64,000 nt of DNA from an uncultured Verrucomicrobiae bacterium (GTDB lineage: Bacteria > Verrucomicrobiota > Verrucomicrobiia > Chthoniobacterales > JAATET01): positions 128,001 through 192,000 of the forward strand of contig CAVRCI010000001.1 of NCBI GenBank assembly GCA_963719495.1. The letters are read 5' to 3'. Position numbers and translations under genes: made by a program. The notes below the pieces were generated by a model. That model was not told the origin of the DNA. It ran no database searches and saw nothing but the letters and a program-made list of their open reading frames with translations. This document shows, piece by piece, positions 20,391 to 30,192 of the stretch. Positions within the stretch are counted from its first letter, which is position 1. Each line of letters opens with the position of its first letter.

Positions 20391-20420
20391 ATCAAAAGTC
20401 TCAAATGTCCGAAGACCAAA

Positions 20421-21446
20421 TCAATAAGCCGCCTGCGCGCCCTTCAGATTCTTTTTCTTGATCCACGGCATCAACCCACGCAAGCGCGCACCGGTCTTCT
20501 CGATCGGATGATTCGCGCCCTCCTTGAGAAGACGGTTGTATTCCGGATACCCGTTCTCGTATTCGGCGACCCATTCCTTGGCGAACTTGCCGTTCTGAAT
20601 CTCCTTGAGCGCCTTCTGCATCCGCTTCTTCACGCTGCCGTCGATGATCTTCGGACCGACCCGCACGTCGCCCCACTTGGCCGTCTCCGAAATCGAGAAC
20701 CGCATCCCGGCGATACCCGACTCGTTCATCAGATCCACGATCAGCTTCAATTCGTGCAAGCATTCGAAATACGCCATCTCCGGCGAGTATCCCGCCTCGA
20801 CCAGCACCTCGAACCCGGCCTGCACCAGCGCACTCGCACCGCCGCAAAGCACGACCTGCTCGCCGAAGAGATCCGTCTCGGTCTCTTCCTTGAAACTCGT
20901 CTCGATCACGCCTCCGCGCGTGCCGCCGACACCCTTGGCCCACGCCAACGCGACCTTCTTGGCCTTCTTGCTCGGATTCTGGTAGATCGCGATCAACGCC
21001 GGGACGCCTTTGCCCTCGGTGAATTGACGCCGAACGATGTGGCCCGGTCCCTTCGGCGCAACCATGATGACGTCGACTTCCTCCGGCACTTCGATCGTCT
21101 TGAAGTGAACCGCGAATCCGTGGCTGAAGAGCAACGTTTTTCCCTTCGTCAGATTCGGAGCGATGTCGGCGTTGAAAACGTTCGGGATCTTCGTGTCCGG
21201 CACCGCGACGAAAATCACGTCCGCCTTCTCGACCGCCTCGGCCGTATCGAACACTTCGAACCCCTGATCGGCCGCAACCGCGCGGCTCTTCGACTTCGCG
21301 TAGAGGCCGATGATGACCTTCACTCCGCTGTCCTTGAGGTTGAGCGCGTGGGCGTGGCCCTGTGAGCCGAAGCCGATGACGGCGCAGGTTTTTCCTTTGA
21401 GCACGCCCAAGTCGGCGTCTTTGTCGGTGTAGATTTTTGCAGGCAT
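20421..21446 (-). CDS. ilvC: Ketol-acid reductoisomerase
   Basis: [42 protein letters not shown] and [15 protein letters not shown]. Confidence 0.98.
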   Translation of the reverse strand: MPAKIYTDKDADLGVLKGKTCAVIGFGSQGHAHALNLKDSGVKVIIGLYAKSKSRAVAADQGFEVFDTAEAVEKADVIFVAVPDTKIPNVFNADIAPNLTKGKTLLFSHGFAVHFKTIEVPEEVDVIMVAPKGPGHIVRRQFTEGKGVPALIAIYQNPSKKAKKVALAWAKGVGGTRGGVIETSFKEETETDLFGEQVVLCGGASALVQAGFEVLVEAGYSPEMAYFECLHELKLIVDLMNESGIAGMRFSISETAKWGDVRVGPKIIDGSVKKRMQKALKEIQNGKFAKEWVAEYENGYPEYNRLLKEGANHPIEKTGARLRGLMPWIKKKNLKGAQAAY

Positions 21447-21467
21447 GATGGTGGTTTGAGAGATTGA

Positions 21468-21947
21468 TTATTTGTTGGTTCGGGAAAGGGCGACCTTGCC
21501 GGTGCGCGTGAGATCCAGAATCCCAAAGCGCTCCATGAGCACGAGAAATTTGCTGATCTTGCCCTCGGTCCCGGTCACCTCGATCGACAACCGCTCGGGC
21601 TGCACGTCGATGATCTTGGCCCGGAAAATATCGCAGATTTGCATGACCTCGGCCCGCGTCTTCGAAGTCGCTTTCACGCGCAGAAGAAGCAGCTCGCGAT
21701 CAACGTATTCCTCGTCGCGAAAATCCTCGACGTCGATCACCTCGACGAGCTTGTCGAGCTGCTTGGTCACCTGGTCCAGCACGGTGTCGTCGCCTTTGAC
21801 CACGATCGTCATCCGGGACGTCGTCGGGTCGAGCGTCGGGCCGACGTTCAACGAGTCGATGTTGAAACCGCGTCCGCTGAACATTCCGGCAACCCGCGCG
21901 AGCACGCCGAATTTGTTTTCAACGAGAACGGAAAGGGTGTGACGCAT
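21468..21947 (-). CDS. ilvN: Acetolactate synthase small subunit
   Basis: MRHTLSVLVENKFGVLARVAGMFSGRGFNIDSL, QLDKLVEV and RTGKVAL. Confidence 0.96.
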   Translation of the reverse strand: MRHTLSVLVENKFGVLARVAGMFSGRGFNIDSLNVGPTLDPTTSRMTIVVKGDDTVLDQVTKQLDKLVEVIDVEDFRDEEYVDRELLLLRVKATSKTRAEVMQICDIFRAKIIDVQPERLSIEVTGTEGKISKFLVLMERFGILDLTRTGKVALSRTNK

Positions 21948-22026
21948 GACGAGTAAAGAGCCGCGGAGAGTGGGCGCAAAGTTTCCCTTCGTCAAACCGA
22001 TTCTCGGCGGCTAGAACCTCGCCGCG

Positions 22027-22626
22027 ATGAAACTCGACCTGCCCGCGCAACCGTTCCAAGCCTACATTTTTGATTGCGACGGCACGATCGCCGACACCAT
22101 GCCGCTGCACTACCGGGCGTGGCAGCGCGCGATGGCCGAGCTGGGCGGCCAGTTTCCCGAAGACCTCTTCTACTCGTGGGGCGGCACCCCGACCCGCAGG
22201 ATTATCGCGCAGCTCAACGAGAAATTCGGCACCTCGCTGGACCCCGACGAGGCGGCTTCGCTGAAGGAACGATACTACACCGACCTCATCCCGGAGGCGC
22301 TGCCGATCGAGCCGGTCGTCGATCTCGTCAAGCAATTCCACGGCACTGCCCCCATGGCCGTCGCCAGCGGAGGCTTCCGCGAACTCGTCGTCGGGACCCT
22401 CGACGCGCTCGGCCTCACCTCCTACTTCGACGCGATCATCTGTGCCGAAGATACCGAGCACGGCAAACCCTCGCCCGATCCGTTCCTCGCCGCCGCGCGA
22501 GCCCTCGGAGTCCCGCCCGAAACGTGCCTCGTCTTCGAGGACGCGCCCATGGGCATCGAAGCCGCCAAAGCCGCCGGCATGCGCTACGTCCTGGTCCCCT
22601 CCGCGCCGGCCCGGGATGACTCGTAG
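22027..22626 (+). CDS. HAD-family phosphatase (YqaB/CbbY-like)
   Basis: FDCDGTIADTM, GKPSPDPF and LVFEDA. Confidence 0.92.
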   Translation: MKLDLPAQPFQAYIFDCDGTIADTMPLHYRAWQRAMAELGGQFPEDLFYSWGGTPTRRIIAQLNEKFGTSLDPDEAASLKERYYTDLIPEALPIEPVVDLVKQFHGTAPMAVASGGFRELVVGTLDALGLTSYFDAIICAEDTEHGKPSPDPFLAAARALGVPPETCLVFEDAPMGIEAAKAAGMRYVLVPSAPARDDS

Positions 22627-22720
22627 AAACAAAATACTCCCGCCCATCGGACGATTCCCCGATCCTCGAATCGGCGGCTCCCGCGTTGCGTCCCGGCCCA
22701 CTTCTGCAATGATGTCGGCG

Positions 22721-23272
22721 ATGAAAAACACCTTCCAAAAACTAGCCACCGGAACGCTCGCGGCACTCCTCGTCTCCGCGATCCCCACCTCCCTCCAAGC
22801 AGCCGACGCCCCGGCCTCGCTCATCGCCATCCTCACCCCGACCGCGGGCAATGACGTCACCGGCAGCGTGACCTTCGCCCAGGACGGCGACAAGGTGACG
22901 GTCACCGCCAAAGTCATGGGCCTCGAGCCGGATTCCAAGCATGGTTTCCACATCCACGAATTCGGCGACATCTCCAGTGCCGACGGCACGAGCGCCGGCG
23001 GCCACTTCAATCCCGAAGGTCACGATCACGCCCTCCCCACCACGGAAATCCGCCACGCCGGAGACCTCGGCAACCTCGCGACCAACGCCGAAGGCACCGC
23101 CGAGCTGACCGTGACCGTCGACAACGTCTCCCTGATGGAAGGCGCGGACGCCATCGTCGGTCGAAGCGTGATCGTTCACGAAAAAGCCGACGACGGCGGC
23201 CAGCCGACCGGCAACGCCGGCCCCCGCGTCGCAATGGGCGTGATCGGCGTCGCCAATCCCGGCGACAAATAA
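22721..23272 (+). CDS. sodC: Periplasmic Cu/Zn superoxide dismutase
   Basis: Signal peptide, HGFHIHEFGD, SAGGHFNP, RHAGDLGN, GRSVIVHEKADD and GNAGPR. Confidence 0.95.
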   Translation: MKNTFQKLATGTLAALLVSAIPTSLQAADAPASLIAILTPTAGNDVTGSVTFAQDGDKVTVTAKVMGLEPDSKHGFHIHEFGDISSADGTSAGGHFNPEGHDHALPTTEIRHAGDLGNLATNAEGTAELTVTVDNVSLMEGADAIVGRSVIVHEKADDGGQPTGNAGPRVAMGVIGVANPGDK

Positions 23273-23310
23273 GAAAAGACCGGCACCCGACCGGAGACCG
23301 ATCAGATTTC

Positions 23311-23347
23311 AGGCGGGCGGACGCTCCAAGCGTCGCCCGCCTTTTTT
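23311..23347 (+). terminator. Intrinsic terminator after sodC
   Basis: aggcgggcggacgct-cca-agcgtcgcccgcct followed by a T tract. Confidence 0.8.
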
Positions 23348-23348
23348 C

Positions 23349-24386
23349 ATGCCCGATTTTGCCCAATTCCCACTCGCCGCGAACGTCGCGCTTTTTCTCG
23401 TGGCGACTGGCGTCATCGCTCTCGCCGGGTGGAGGCTCGCCGGGCAGGCCGACCGTCTCGCGGACGTCACCGGGCTCGGCGAAGCCCTGGCCGGAGCCCT
23501 GTTTCTTGGAGCCAGCACCTCGCTCCCGGGAATCACGACCTCGGCCGTCACCGCGTGGCGAGGCTTCCCCGAATTCGCCGTCAGCAACGCGGTCGGCGGG
23601 ATCGCCGCCCAAACGGCCTTCCTCGCGGTTGCCGACATTTTCTACCGCAAGGTCAACCTCGAACACGCCGCCGCGTCCGCCTCGAACATCCTCCTAGGCA
23701 CGCTTCTCATCACGCTCCTCTCGGTTCCGCTCCTCGCGGCGTCCGGCCCCAACGTGGCGGTCTTCGGAATCAACCCCGCCTCGATCATTCTCGTCCTGGG
23801 ATACATCTACGGGATGCGATTGGTCTCGCGCGCTCGGGACGAGCCGATGTGGCGACCGCAACACACCCCCGAAACCCGCGCCGACGAACCCGACCCCGAC
23901 CCGCTGCGCGGCAAGAGTGTCTCCAGCCTATGGATCGCATTCGCCGTCACCGCCGCGATCGTCGGAGCCGCCGGATGGATCGTTGCGCAGACCGGGATGG
24001 CCGTCGCGTCGACGACGGGGCTCTCGGAGACAGCCGTCGGCGGATTCTTCACGGCCGTCTCGACGTCGCTGCCGGAATTGGTGACCGCCGTCGCGGCCGT
24101 CCGTCAGGGATCACTCACCCTGGCCGTGGGAGGCATCATCGGGGGTAACAGCTTCGACACGCTTTTCATCGCGGTTGCCGACGTGGCCTACCGGGACGGC
24201 TCGATTTATCACCACATCTCCAATCGGCAGACTTTCCTCATGGCCCTGACCATTCTGTTGACCGGCATTCTGGTGATGGGCCTCGTCCGACGCGAAAAAC
24301 GCGGCATCGCAAATATCGGGTTCGAGAGCTTCTCGATCCTCCTCATCTACGCCGCCGCGATCGCGTTCATGTTCACCGCACGCTGA
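23349..24386 (+). CDS. Sodium:calcium exchanger family antiporter
   Basis: GASTSLPG...SNAVGG and AVSTSLPEL...GGIIGGNSFD alpha repeats. Confidence 0.88.
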   Translation: MPDFAQFPLAANVALFLVATGVIALAGWRLAGQADRLADVTGLGEALAGALFLGASTSLPGITTSAVTAWRGFPEFAVSNAVGGIAAQTAFLAVADIFYRKVNLEHAAASASNILLGTLLITLLSVPLLAASGPNVAVFGINPASIILVLGYIYGMRLVSRARDEPMWRPQHTPETRADEPDPDPLRGKSVSSLWIAFAVTAAIVGAAGWIVAQTGMAVASTTGLSETAVGGFFTAVSTSLPELVTAVAAVRQGSLTLAVGGIIGGNSFDTLFIAVADVAYRDGSIYHHISNRQTFLMALTILLTGILVMGLVRREKRGIANIGFESFSILLIYAAAIAFMFTAR

Positions 24387-24444
24387 CGTCCGACCGGACT
24401 CTGTCGATTCCGATCAGACGATGGAACGCCGCGCGCGGTGAGAC

Positions 24445-24891
24445 TCAGAATTTAAAGTGTTTGCCGAAGTCCTGCTCGCGGACATTCACGAGATTTGCCC
24501 CGAGCGACTCGCGCACGGACTCCTTCCAACGCCGATCCGGGATCGCGTCGAGGATCGCCTGATTGACCGAAGACGGCGCGGCGAACGACCAACGCTCCGC
24601 CTTGTGTTCGGTCAAAATCCGTTCGATGTGCCCGCCCAGGTCGCGGATCGCCCGGGCTTTATCCTCGAGCTGAATTCCTTCGTTTCCCGCGTGGGACATT
24701 GCTCCCGGCGCACCCCCGCTGGGCATCGCGCCCGCTTGGTCGGTGACTTTCTCGTGAAGCTGTTTGTTCGTCGCGATCAAATCGATCGCTTCGATCTCCC
24801 GGGGGAACGGCGACCGCTCCGGCGGATGTTCCAGTTCGAAAGCACGGAGACTGCCGGTATCGGCGACGATGATGATGTGAGTTTGTGACAT
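24445..24891 (-). CDS. Host-attachment (AtsE/baeRF-like) family protein
   Basis: IIVADTGSLRAF, VTDQAG and FAAPS, typical of this family. Confidence 0.75.
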   Translation of the reverse strand: MSQTHIIIVADTGSLRAFELEHPPERSPFPREIEAIDLIATNKQLHEKVTDQAGAMPSGGAPGAMSHAGNEGIQLEDKARAIRDLGGHIERILTEHKAERWSFAAPSSVNQAILDAIPDRRWKESVRESLGANLVNVREQDFGKHFKF

Positions 24892-24926
24892 AACGGGGAC
24901 CTTTGTAATCGAAACGAATCCAGGAG

Positions 24927-25421
24927 TTAAGGACGAAGCGTCCCGTGCTGTTCACCCTCCTCGATGTCGGGCGTCGCGCCCGTCACGTAGGAGCTCGCGA
25001 CTTCCCAGAGGTAATCGAGTTTTTTTGCACCCGTGGTGTCCCAATACTCCGCGTCGATCGGGCTCACCGCGATCAACGCGAGGTTTGGGTCCGTCGGTCC
25101 CTCGGGAAACCAAGGCTTGAACGACTCGTTCCACACCGACTCGATTTTTGCGGTGTCCTCCGACAGGGTCGCGAGTCCGTTGATCGAAAGGTAGAGCGAT
25201 TGGTCGTTCTGACACGCCACGTGAATGAGCGTATCGCTCTCGATCTCGTGAACCTTGGCGGTATCCCGGGCCGTCAGAAAGTAAAAGCGCCCGCTGTCCT
25301 CCACTTCCGCGATGGCCATGGGTCGGGCCCGCAATTTCCCGCCGTCCGCCTTCGTGATGAGCATCGCGTTCGAAAAGTCCCGCAACTGCCCGCAAAATTT
25401 CCGAGTGTCTGATTGATCCAT
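24927..25421 (-). CDS. General stress protein 26 / pyridoxamine-5'-phosphate-oxidase-like FMN-binding protein
   Basis: AMLIT, LRARPMA, YLSING, WFPEGPTDPNL and AEYWD. Confidence 0.88.
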   Translation of the reverse strand: MDQSDTRKFCGQLRDFSNAMLITKADGGKLRARPMAIAEVEDSGRFYFLTARDTAKVHEIESDTLIHVACQNDQSLYLSINGLATLSEDTAKIESVWNESFKPWFPEGPTDPNLALIAVSPIDAEYWDTTGAKKLDYLWEVASSYVTGATPDIEEGEQHGTLRP

Positions 25422-25499
25422 AGACAAAAGAAACGAACGCCACCCCACCCCCGGCGGTGTAAAAATCCGTCCCGCCACCCCCCGGGGACCGCCACCCCC

Positions 25500-25578
25500 G
25501 GGGACCGCGACCATCCTGGTCGCCGTGTCGACCTTCCAGGTCGACACCCGTCCCAACCCGGCGAAGCCGCACTCCCCC
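25500..25578. repeat. REP-like double hairpin, direct-repeat copy downstream of iscS
   Basis: ggggaccgcgac-catcctg-gtcgcc gtgtcgac-cttccag-gtcgacac ... ggcgaagccgcac. Confidence 0.85.
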
Positions 25579-25588
25579 CCACCTGCCG

Positions 25589-26773
25589 CTAACTCACCAA
25601 CACCGGCCCGCCACCCATCGGCACAACCCGCCGCAGCTTCTCGATCACCCGCGGCACGATCTCCAGCGCGGCATCCACGTCCGCCTCCGAATTGAACCGA
25701 CCAAACGAAAACCGCAGACTCGATCGAGCCCGCCGATCCGAAGCCCCCATCGCCTTGAGAACGTGCGACGGAGTGACCGATCCCGTCGTGCAGGCGCTCC
25801 CCGCCGAACAACAAATCCCCGCCTCGTCCAACAGCATCAGAGCCCCCTCGGCCTCGATCCCTTCGAACGCCAGATTCGTCGTGTTCGGCAGCCGATCCTC
25901 AGTCCCACCGTTGATCTCGATCCCGCTGACCGCCGCCAGAATTCCCGACTCGAATCGATCCCGCATCGCCCGCACCCGGGTCTGCTCTTCGGCCAAATGC
26001 CGACCCGCCACCTCCGCCGCGCAGCCCATCGCCACGATCGACGCCACGTTCTGCGTCCCGCCCCGCCGAGCCTCCTCCTGACTTCCCCGCAGCATCGGCG
26101 TGAACCGAACCCGCCGGTTCGCGTAAAGCGCGCCGACTCCCTTCGGACAGTGCAATTTGTGCCCCGAGATCGAAGCGAAATGAATCCCCGTATCGCCCAG
26201 CCGCACCGGCACCTTCCCCGCAGCCTGCACCGCGTCGCAGTGAAAAATCACTTTCTTCGCCCGGCAAATCTCCGCCACCCGCTCGACGGGAAAAAATCTC
26301 CCCGTCTCGTTGTTCGCCCAGAGCAGGCTCACCACCGCCGTATCGGGCCGGATCGACTTCTCGAGTTTTTCCAGGTCCAACGCCCCATCCGCCTCCACCG
26401 GCAACCACGTCACCTCGTAACCCCGCCGCGTCAGGTGCTCGCACAACTTCAGCGTCGCGCTGTGCTCCACCGCCGAGGTCACCACGTGCGTGCAATCCGG
26501 ATCCATCGCCGCCGCCGACAGGATTGCCGCGTTCGTCGACTCCGTCCCGCAGCTCGTGAACAAAATCTCCCGAGCCTCGCACCCCAGCAATTCCGCCACC
26601 TGCCCCCGCGCCCGCTCCACCGCATCCCGCGCCCGCTGACCCAGCCGGTAAGCACTCGAAGGATTCCCGTATTCTTCCCGCAGCCACGGCAGCATCGCCT
26701 CCAGCACCTCGGGATCGACCCGCGTCGTCGCGTTGTTGTCCAGGTAGATCAGGGATTGGTCGGGCGAATCCAT
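25589..26773 (-). CDS. iscS: Cysteine desulfurase (IscS/NifS)
   Basis: IYLDNNATT, YGNPSS, FTSCGTES, ANNETG, HCDAVQ, SGHKLHCPKGVG and CSAGSACT. Confidence 0.93.
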   Translation of the reverse strand: MDSPDQSLIYLDNNATTRVDPEVLEAMLPWLREEYGNPSSAYRLGQRARDAVERARGQVAELLGCEAREILFTSCGTESTNAAILSAAAMDPDCTHVVTSAVEHSATLKLCEHLTRRGYEVTWLPVEADGALDLEKLEKSIRPDTAVVSLLWANNETGRFFPVERVAEICRAKKVIFHCDAVQAAGKVPVRLGDTGIHFASISGHKLHCPKGVGALYANRRVRFTPMLRGSQEEARRGGTQNVASIVAMGCAAEVAGRHLAEEQTRVRAMRDRFESGILAAVSGIEINGGTEDRLPNTTNLAFEGIEAEGALMLLDEAGICCSAGSACTTGSVTPSHVLKAMGASDRRARSSLRFSFGRFNSEADVDAALEIVPRVIEKLRRVVPMGGGPVLVS

Positions 26774-26842
26774 CGAAAGAGCCGCGGAACCTAGTTCCCA
26801 CCGTCCCGCTTGGCAACACCGCGCATCGGCGACGCAGTCGCC

Positions 26843-26920
26843 GGGGACCGCGACCATCCTGGTCGCCGAGCCGACCTTCCAGGTCAGCTCCCGTCCAAAA
26901 AACGCGAAGCGCCACTTCCC
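26843..26920. repeat. REP-like double hairpin, direct-repeat copy upstream of iscS
   Basis: ggggaccgcgaccatcctggtcgccg is identical to the 25500 copy; the second hairpin is gagccgac-cttccag-gtcagctc. Confidence 0.85.
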
Positions 26921-26952
26921 CGCAACCCCCAGCCCACCCGCAACCCCCACCG

Positions 26953-27006
26953 CCGCCCCCCAACAAAACTTCGATGCGGCCGCATCGAAGTTTTGTTGGG
27001 GGGCGG
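26953..27006. repeat. NotI-centred palindrome family, copy 2 (54-bp perfect palindrome)
   Basis: ccgccccccaacaaaacttcgatgcgg|ccgcatcgaagttttgttggggggcgg. Confidence 0.95.
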
Positions 27007-27064
27007 GCAGGTGACTCGCCGCTCGCCACCCGCCAGGGTTGGGATAAGCTCCAACGTCCCTCGA

Positions 27065-28753
27065 ATGAAATTCGTCGCCACCCTCGTCACCTACGCCGTC
27101 CACAATCGCAGCGGCCGCCGCAATCTCCTGCAACTCGGCCGATTCCTCGCGCTCTTTCTCGCTCTCGTCCTCGCCTTCAGCGTCCTCTTCCACTTCATCA
27201 TGGCCTCGGAAGGCCAACGCTACTCCTGGGTCACGGGCCTCTATTGGACCCTCACCGTCATGTCCACGCTCGGATTCGGCGACATCACGTTCACCTCCGA
27301 TCTCGGCCGCTTCTTCTCCATCGTCGTCCTGCTCTCGGGCATGATTTTTCTCCTCGTCCTCCTCCCATTCACCTTCATCGAGTTCTTCTACGCCCCGTGG
27401 ATGAAGCTCCAGGAATCGCAGCGCGCTCCGCGCAAACTTCCCACCTCGCTTTCCGGCCACGTCCTCCTCTGCCACCACGACCCCGTCACCGAAGCGCTCA
27501 TCCCGCGCCTCGAACAATTCCAGTTCCCCTACGCCCTCATCGTCCCGAATCTCGAGGAAGCCCTCCGCCTCCACGACGAACGCGTCCACGTCGTCGTCGG
27601 CGACCTCGACGATCCCGAGACCTACCGCGCCTGCGGCGTCGAGCGCGCCGCCCTTGTCGCCTCCACCGCAACCGACCCGGTCAACGTCAACGTCGCCTTC
27701 ACCGTCCGCGAACTCTCCGCCTCCGTCCCGATCCTCACCACCGCAAACAGCGCCGAAGCCGTCGACATCCTCGAGCTCGCCGGCAGCACCAACGTCCTCC
27801 GCCTCGGCGAAATGATGGGCCAGTCCCTCGCCCGCCGCATCACCGGCGGAGATGCCCTCTCCCACGTCATCGGCACCTTCGACGACCTCCTCATCGCCGA
27901 GGCCACCGTCGCCGGCACCCCGCTCGTCGGCAAATCCATCGCCGACTGCAAACTTCGCGAGACCCTCGGCGTCACCATCGCCGGCGTCTGGGAGCGAGGC
28001 ACCTTCGTCACGCCGAAACCCGAGACCGTCATCGCGGCGAACACCGTCCTCATCCTCGCCGGCTCCCGCGAGCAATTCCAAAAATACGACGAGCTCTTCT
28101 GCATCTATCACAACACCGAAGCCCCCGTCGTCATCATCGGAGGCGGACGCTCCGGCCGCGCCACCGGAGCCGCCCTCGCCCGCCGCGGAGCCGACTACCG
28201 CATCGTCGAATCTCTCGCCGCCCGCATCCGCGACCCCGCCAAATACATCCACGGCGACGCCGCCTCCCTCGACGTCCTCACCCGCGCCGGCATCATGGAC
28301 GCCCCCGCCGTCGTCATTACCCCCCACGAGGACGACATCAACACCTACCTCACCATCTACTGCCGCCGCCTCCGCCCCGACATCCAGATCATCACCCGCG
28401 CCACCTTCGAGCGAAACATCTCGACCATCCACCGCGCCGGAGCCGACTTCGTCATGTCCTACGCCTCCATGGGCGCCAACAGCATTCTCAACGTCCTCAA
28501 AAACGCCGACGTCCTCATGCTCGCCGAAGGCCTCGACGTCTTCCGAGTCCCCGTCCCCCGCGCCCTCGCGGGCAGAAACCTCGCCAACTCCGGCATCCGC
28601 GAACGCACCAACTGCAGCGTCATCGCCCTCACCGACGCCGAAGGCAAACACATCAACCCCTCCCCCGAATCCAACCTCACCGAAGGCGACCAACTCGTCA
28701 TCATCGGCGACGTCGAATCCGAGAGAAAATTCCTAGCCCACTACAGCAGCTAG
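27065..28753 (+). CDS. Potassium channel protein with tandem TrkA-N/TrkA-C (RCK) domains
   Basis: Pore signature TVMSTLGFGDI between two TMs, followed by two RCK pairs (IIGGGRSG in the second). Confidence 0.9.
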   Translation: MKFVATLVTYAVHNRSGRRNLLQLGRFLALFLALVLAFSVLFHFIMASEGQRYSWVTGLYWTLTVMSTLGFGDITFTSDLGRFFSIVVLLSGMIFLLVLLPFTFIEFFYAPWMKLQESQRAPRKLPTSLSGHVLLCHHDPVTEALIPRLEQFQFPYALIVPNLEEALRLHDERVHVVVGDLDDPETYRACGVERAALVASTATDPVNVNVAFTVRELSASVPILTTANSAEAVDILELAGSTNVLRLGEMMGQSLARRITGGDALSHVIGTFDDLLIAEATVAGTPLVGKSIADCKLRETLGVTIAGVWERGTFVTPKPETVIAANTVLILAGSREQFQKYDELFCIYHNTEAPVVIIGGGRSGRATGAALARRGADYRIVESLAARIRDPAKYIHGDAASLDVLTRAGIMDAPAVVITPHEDDINTYLTIYCRRLRPDIQIITRATFERNISTIHRAGADFVMSYASMGANSILNVLKNADVLMLAEGLDVFRVPVPRALAGRNLANSGIRERTNCSVIALTDAEGKHINPSPESNLTEGDQLVIIGDVESERKFLAHYSS

Positions 28754-28810
28754 CCGACCAAGCCAACAAGCGCCCCCCGAACCAGCCCACCTAAACCCAA
28801 TTCCAAAACC

Positions 28811-28860
28811 TGTCATGCTGAGCAAAGCGAAGCATCTCTGGCTTCCACTCTTCAGGACGA
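28811..28860. repeat. REP-like arm TGTCATGCTGAGCAAAGCGAAGCATCTCTGG
   Basis: Same arm as at 7750/7925, 45688 and 60021. Confidence 0.75.
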
Positions 28861-28901
28861 GCCACCAGCCAGCCACCTCCCACCAGCGACCCCACCCCAC
28901 G

Positions 28902-29489
28902 TCACCCCCCACCAGCCCGACGAATCAGCACCAGATTCCGCACGTAGATCCCCCACCCCGTCGCCTGCCCCAACACGCCCACGATGTCCCGCCGCCAGAT
29001 GAAGTAAACCAGCAACATCGTCGCTCCAATCAGACTCATCCACCAGAACGACACCGGCACCACCGAACGCTTCGACTTCTCGCTCGCCGCCCACTGCACC
29101 AGCATCCGCCCGGTGAAAAGCACCTGCCCCAGCAGACCTAGCGACACCCAGATGAACCCCGCCGGACTCGTGATGTTGAACAAGGCATCCGACCATCCCC
29201 GCCGCGTCCGGCTCTCGAACAAAAACCTCGAGAACTCATCCGCCGTCAGCAGCCGATCCGTCCCCGCCCCGACCCGCCGCAGCACGTAACCCACCGACCC
29301 ATCCGGCAGTTCCACCACCTGCACCCGGTCCCGCGCCCCCGGCAACCCCACCTTGATTTCCCCCCGAGGCCCCGCCATCGGCACATCCTCAGCCGATCGC
29401 CCGAGGGTATCCAGCGGCCCAGCCACGTCCCCGCAACCCGCGAGCAGGACCACCAAAACAAAACCAACGGCGTACCGGATCAACTGCAT
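28902..29489 (-). CDS. Lipid-A-disaccharide synthase N-terminal (LAB_N) domain protein
   Basis: GLLGQVLFTGRMLVQWAASEKSKRSVVPVSFWWMSLIG...RDIVGVLGQ...YVRNL; N-terminal LAGC lipobox. Confidence 0.88.
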   Translation of the reverse strand: MQLIRYAVGFVLVVLLAGCGDVAGPLDTLGRSAEDVPMAGPRGEIKVGLPGARDRVQVVELPDGSVGYVLRRVGAGTDRLLTADEFSRFLFESRTRRGWSDALFNITSPAGFIWVSLGLLGQVLFTGRMLVQWAASEKSKRSVVPVSFWWMSLIGATMLLVYFIWRRDIVGVLGQATGWGIYVRNLVLIRRAGGG

Positions 29490-29537
29490 CCGGCAATTAA
29501 CAATCCAAAATCTAAAATCAGAAATCTAAAATCCAGA

Positions 29538-30050
29538 TCACCGCACGCCGCTCAGCGTCTCGCTCGGTTCCGGCGTCGGACTCCGATCCGGCGCGGGCAC
29601 CGGCGCATCCGGCGGCTCCACCGGTCGGTTCCCCCCATTGTCGCCGCCCTCCTTCCGGTGCGGATCGCACAGATGATCGAACGCGATGAAGTAGGACTTC
29701 GAATGCCGCGCGAACAAAATGTTGAACAACATCACCGGAATAAGAACTCCCGCCAATTCCGTCCCCAGCGAGAAGTCGAAATTAAACTCCATCACCAGAT
29801 AAATCACGATCCCCAGGAAGCTCCCCGCCCCGTAATTGATCGCCCAGATCGACATGAGAAAATACCCCGGCTCCCGGTCATACGCGTAGCCGCACCGCGG
29901 ACACCCGTCCAAAGGCGCAAAATAGTCCGAGAGCCGACGGATTTTCAACAACCGTGGGAACATCGGCGTAATCCCGCAGACCGGACACCGAAGCACGGTC
30001 GCCCGCCAGAAATAAGCCGCCGCTTTCGCGAGGAAGTTTCGTTTACTCAC
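29538..30050 (-). CDS. DUF983-like membrane protein (two CxxC plus two TM)
   Basis: RCPVCG...CPRCGYAYDREPGYF followed by two hydrophobic segments. Confidence 0.75.
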   Translation of the reverse strand: MSKRNFLAKAAAYFWRATVLRCPVCGITPMFPRLLKIRRLSDYFAPLDGCPRCGYAYDREPGYFLMSIWAINYGAGSFLGIVIYLVMEFNFDFSLGTELAGVLIPVMLFNILFARHSKSYFIAFDHLCDPHRKEGGDNGGNRPVEPPDAPVPAPDRSPTPEPSETLSGVR

Positions 30051-30192
30051 CAGCCTGAACTATCCACCCACCACCCCGTTCGTCAAACCCCCTAAATTTC
30101 CGCTTGTGCCCACCGCTCGGAGGTTCCAACGTGATCAATTCGCGACACCTCACCCGACCCCACCGTCAATTGCTTAAAAAGTAACAGCCTCA

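Noticed and set aside
21468..22026. Missing ilvB or an attenuator upstream of ilvN
   Set aside because: Only about 80 bp separate ilvN from a divergent gene and no leader peptide is visible; split ilv operons are common.
25589..28693. 1034-aa IscS fusion
   Set aside because: The N-terminal ~640 aa are the antisense shadow of the K+ channel gene plus repeats; IscS homology starts at 26773.
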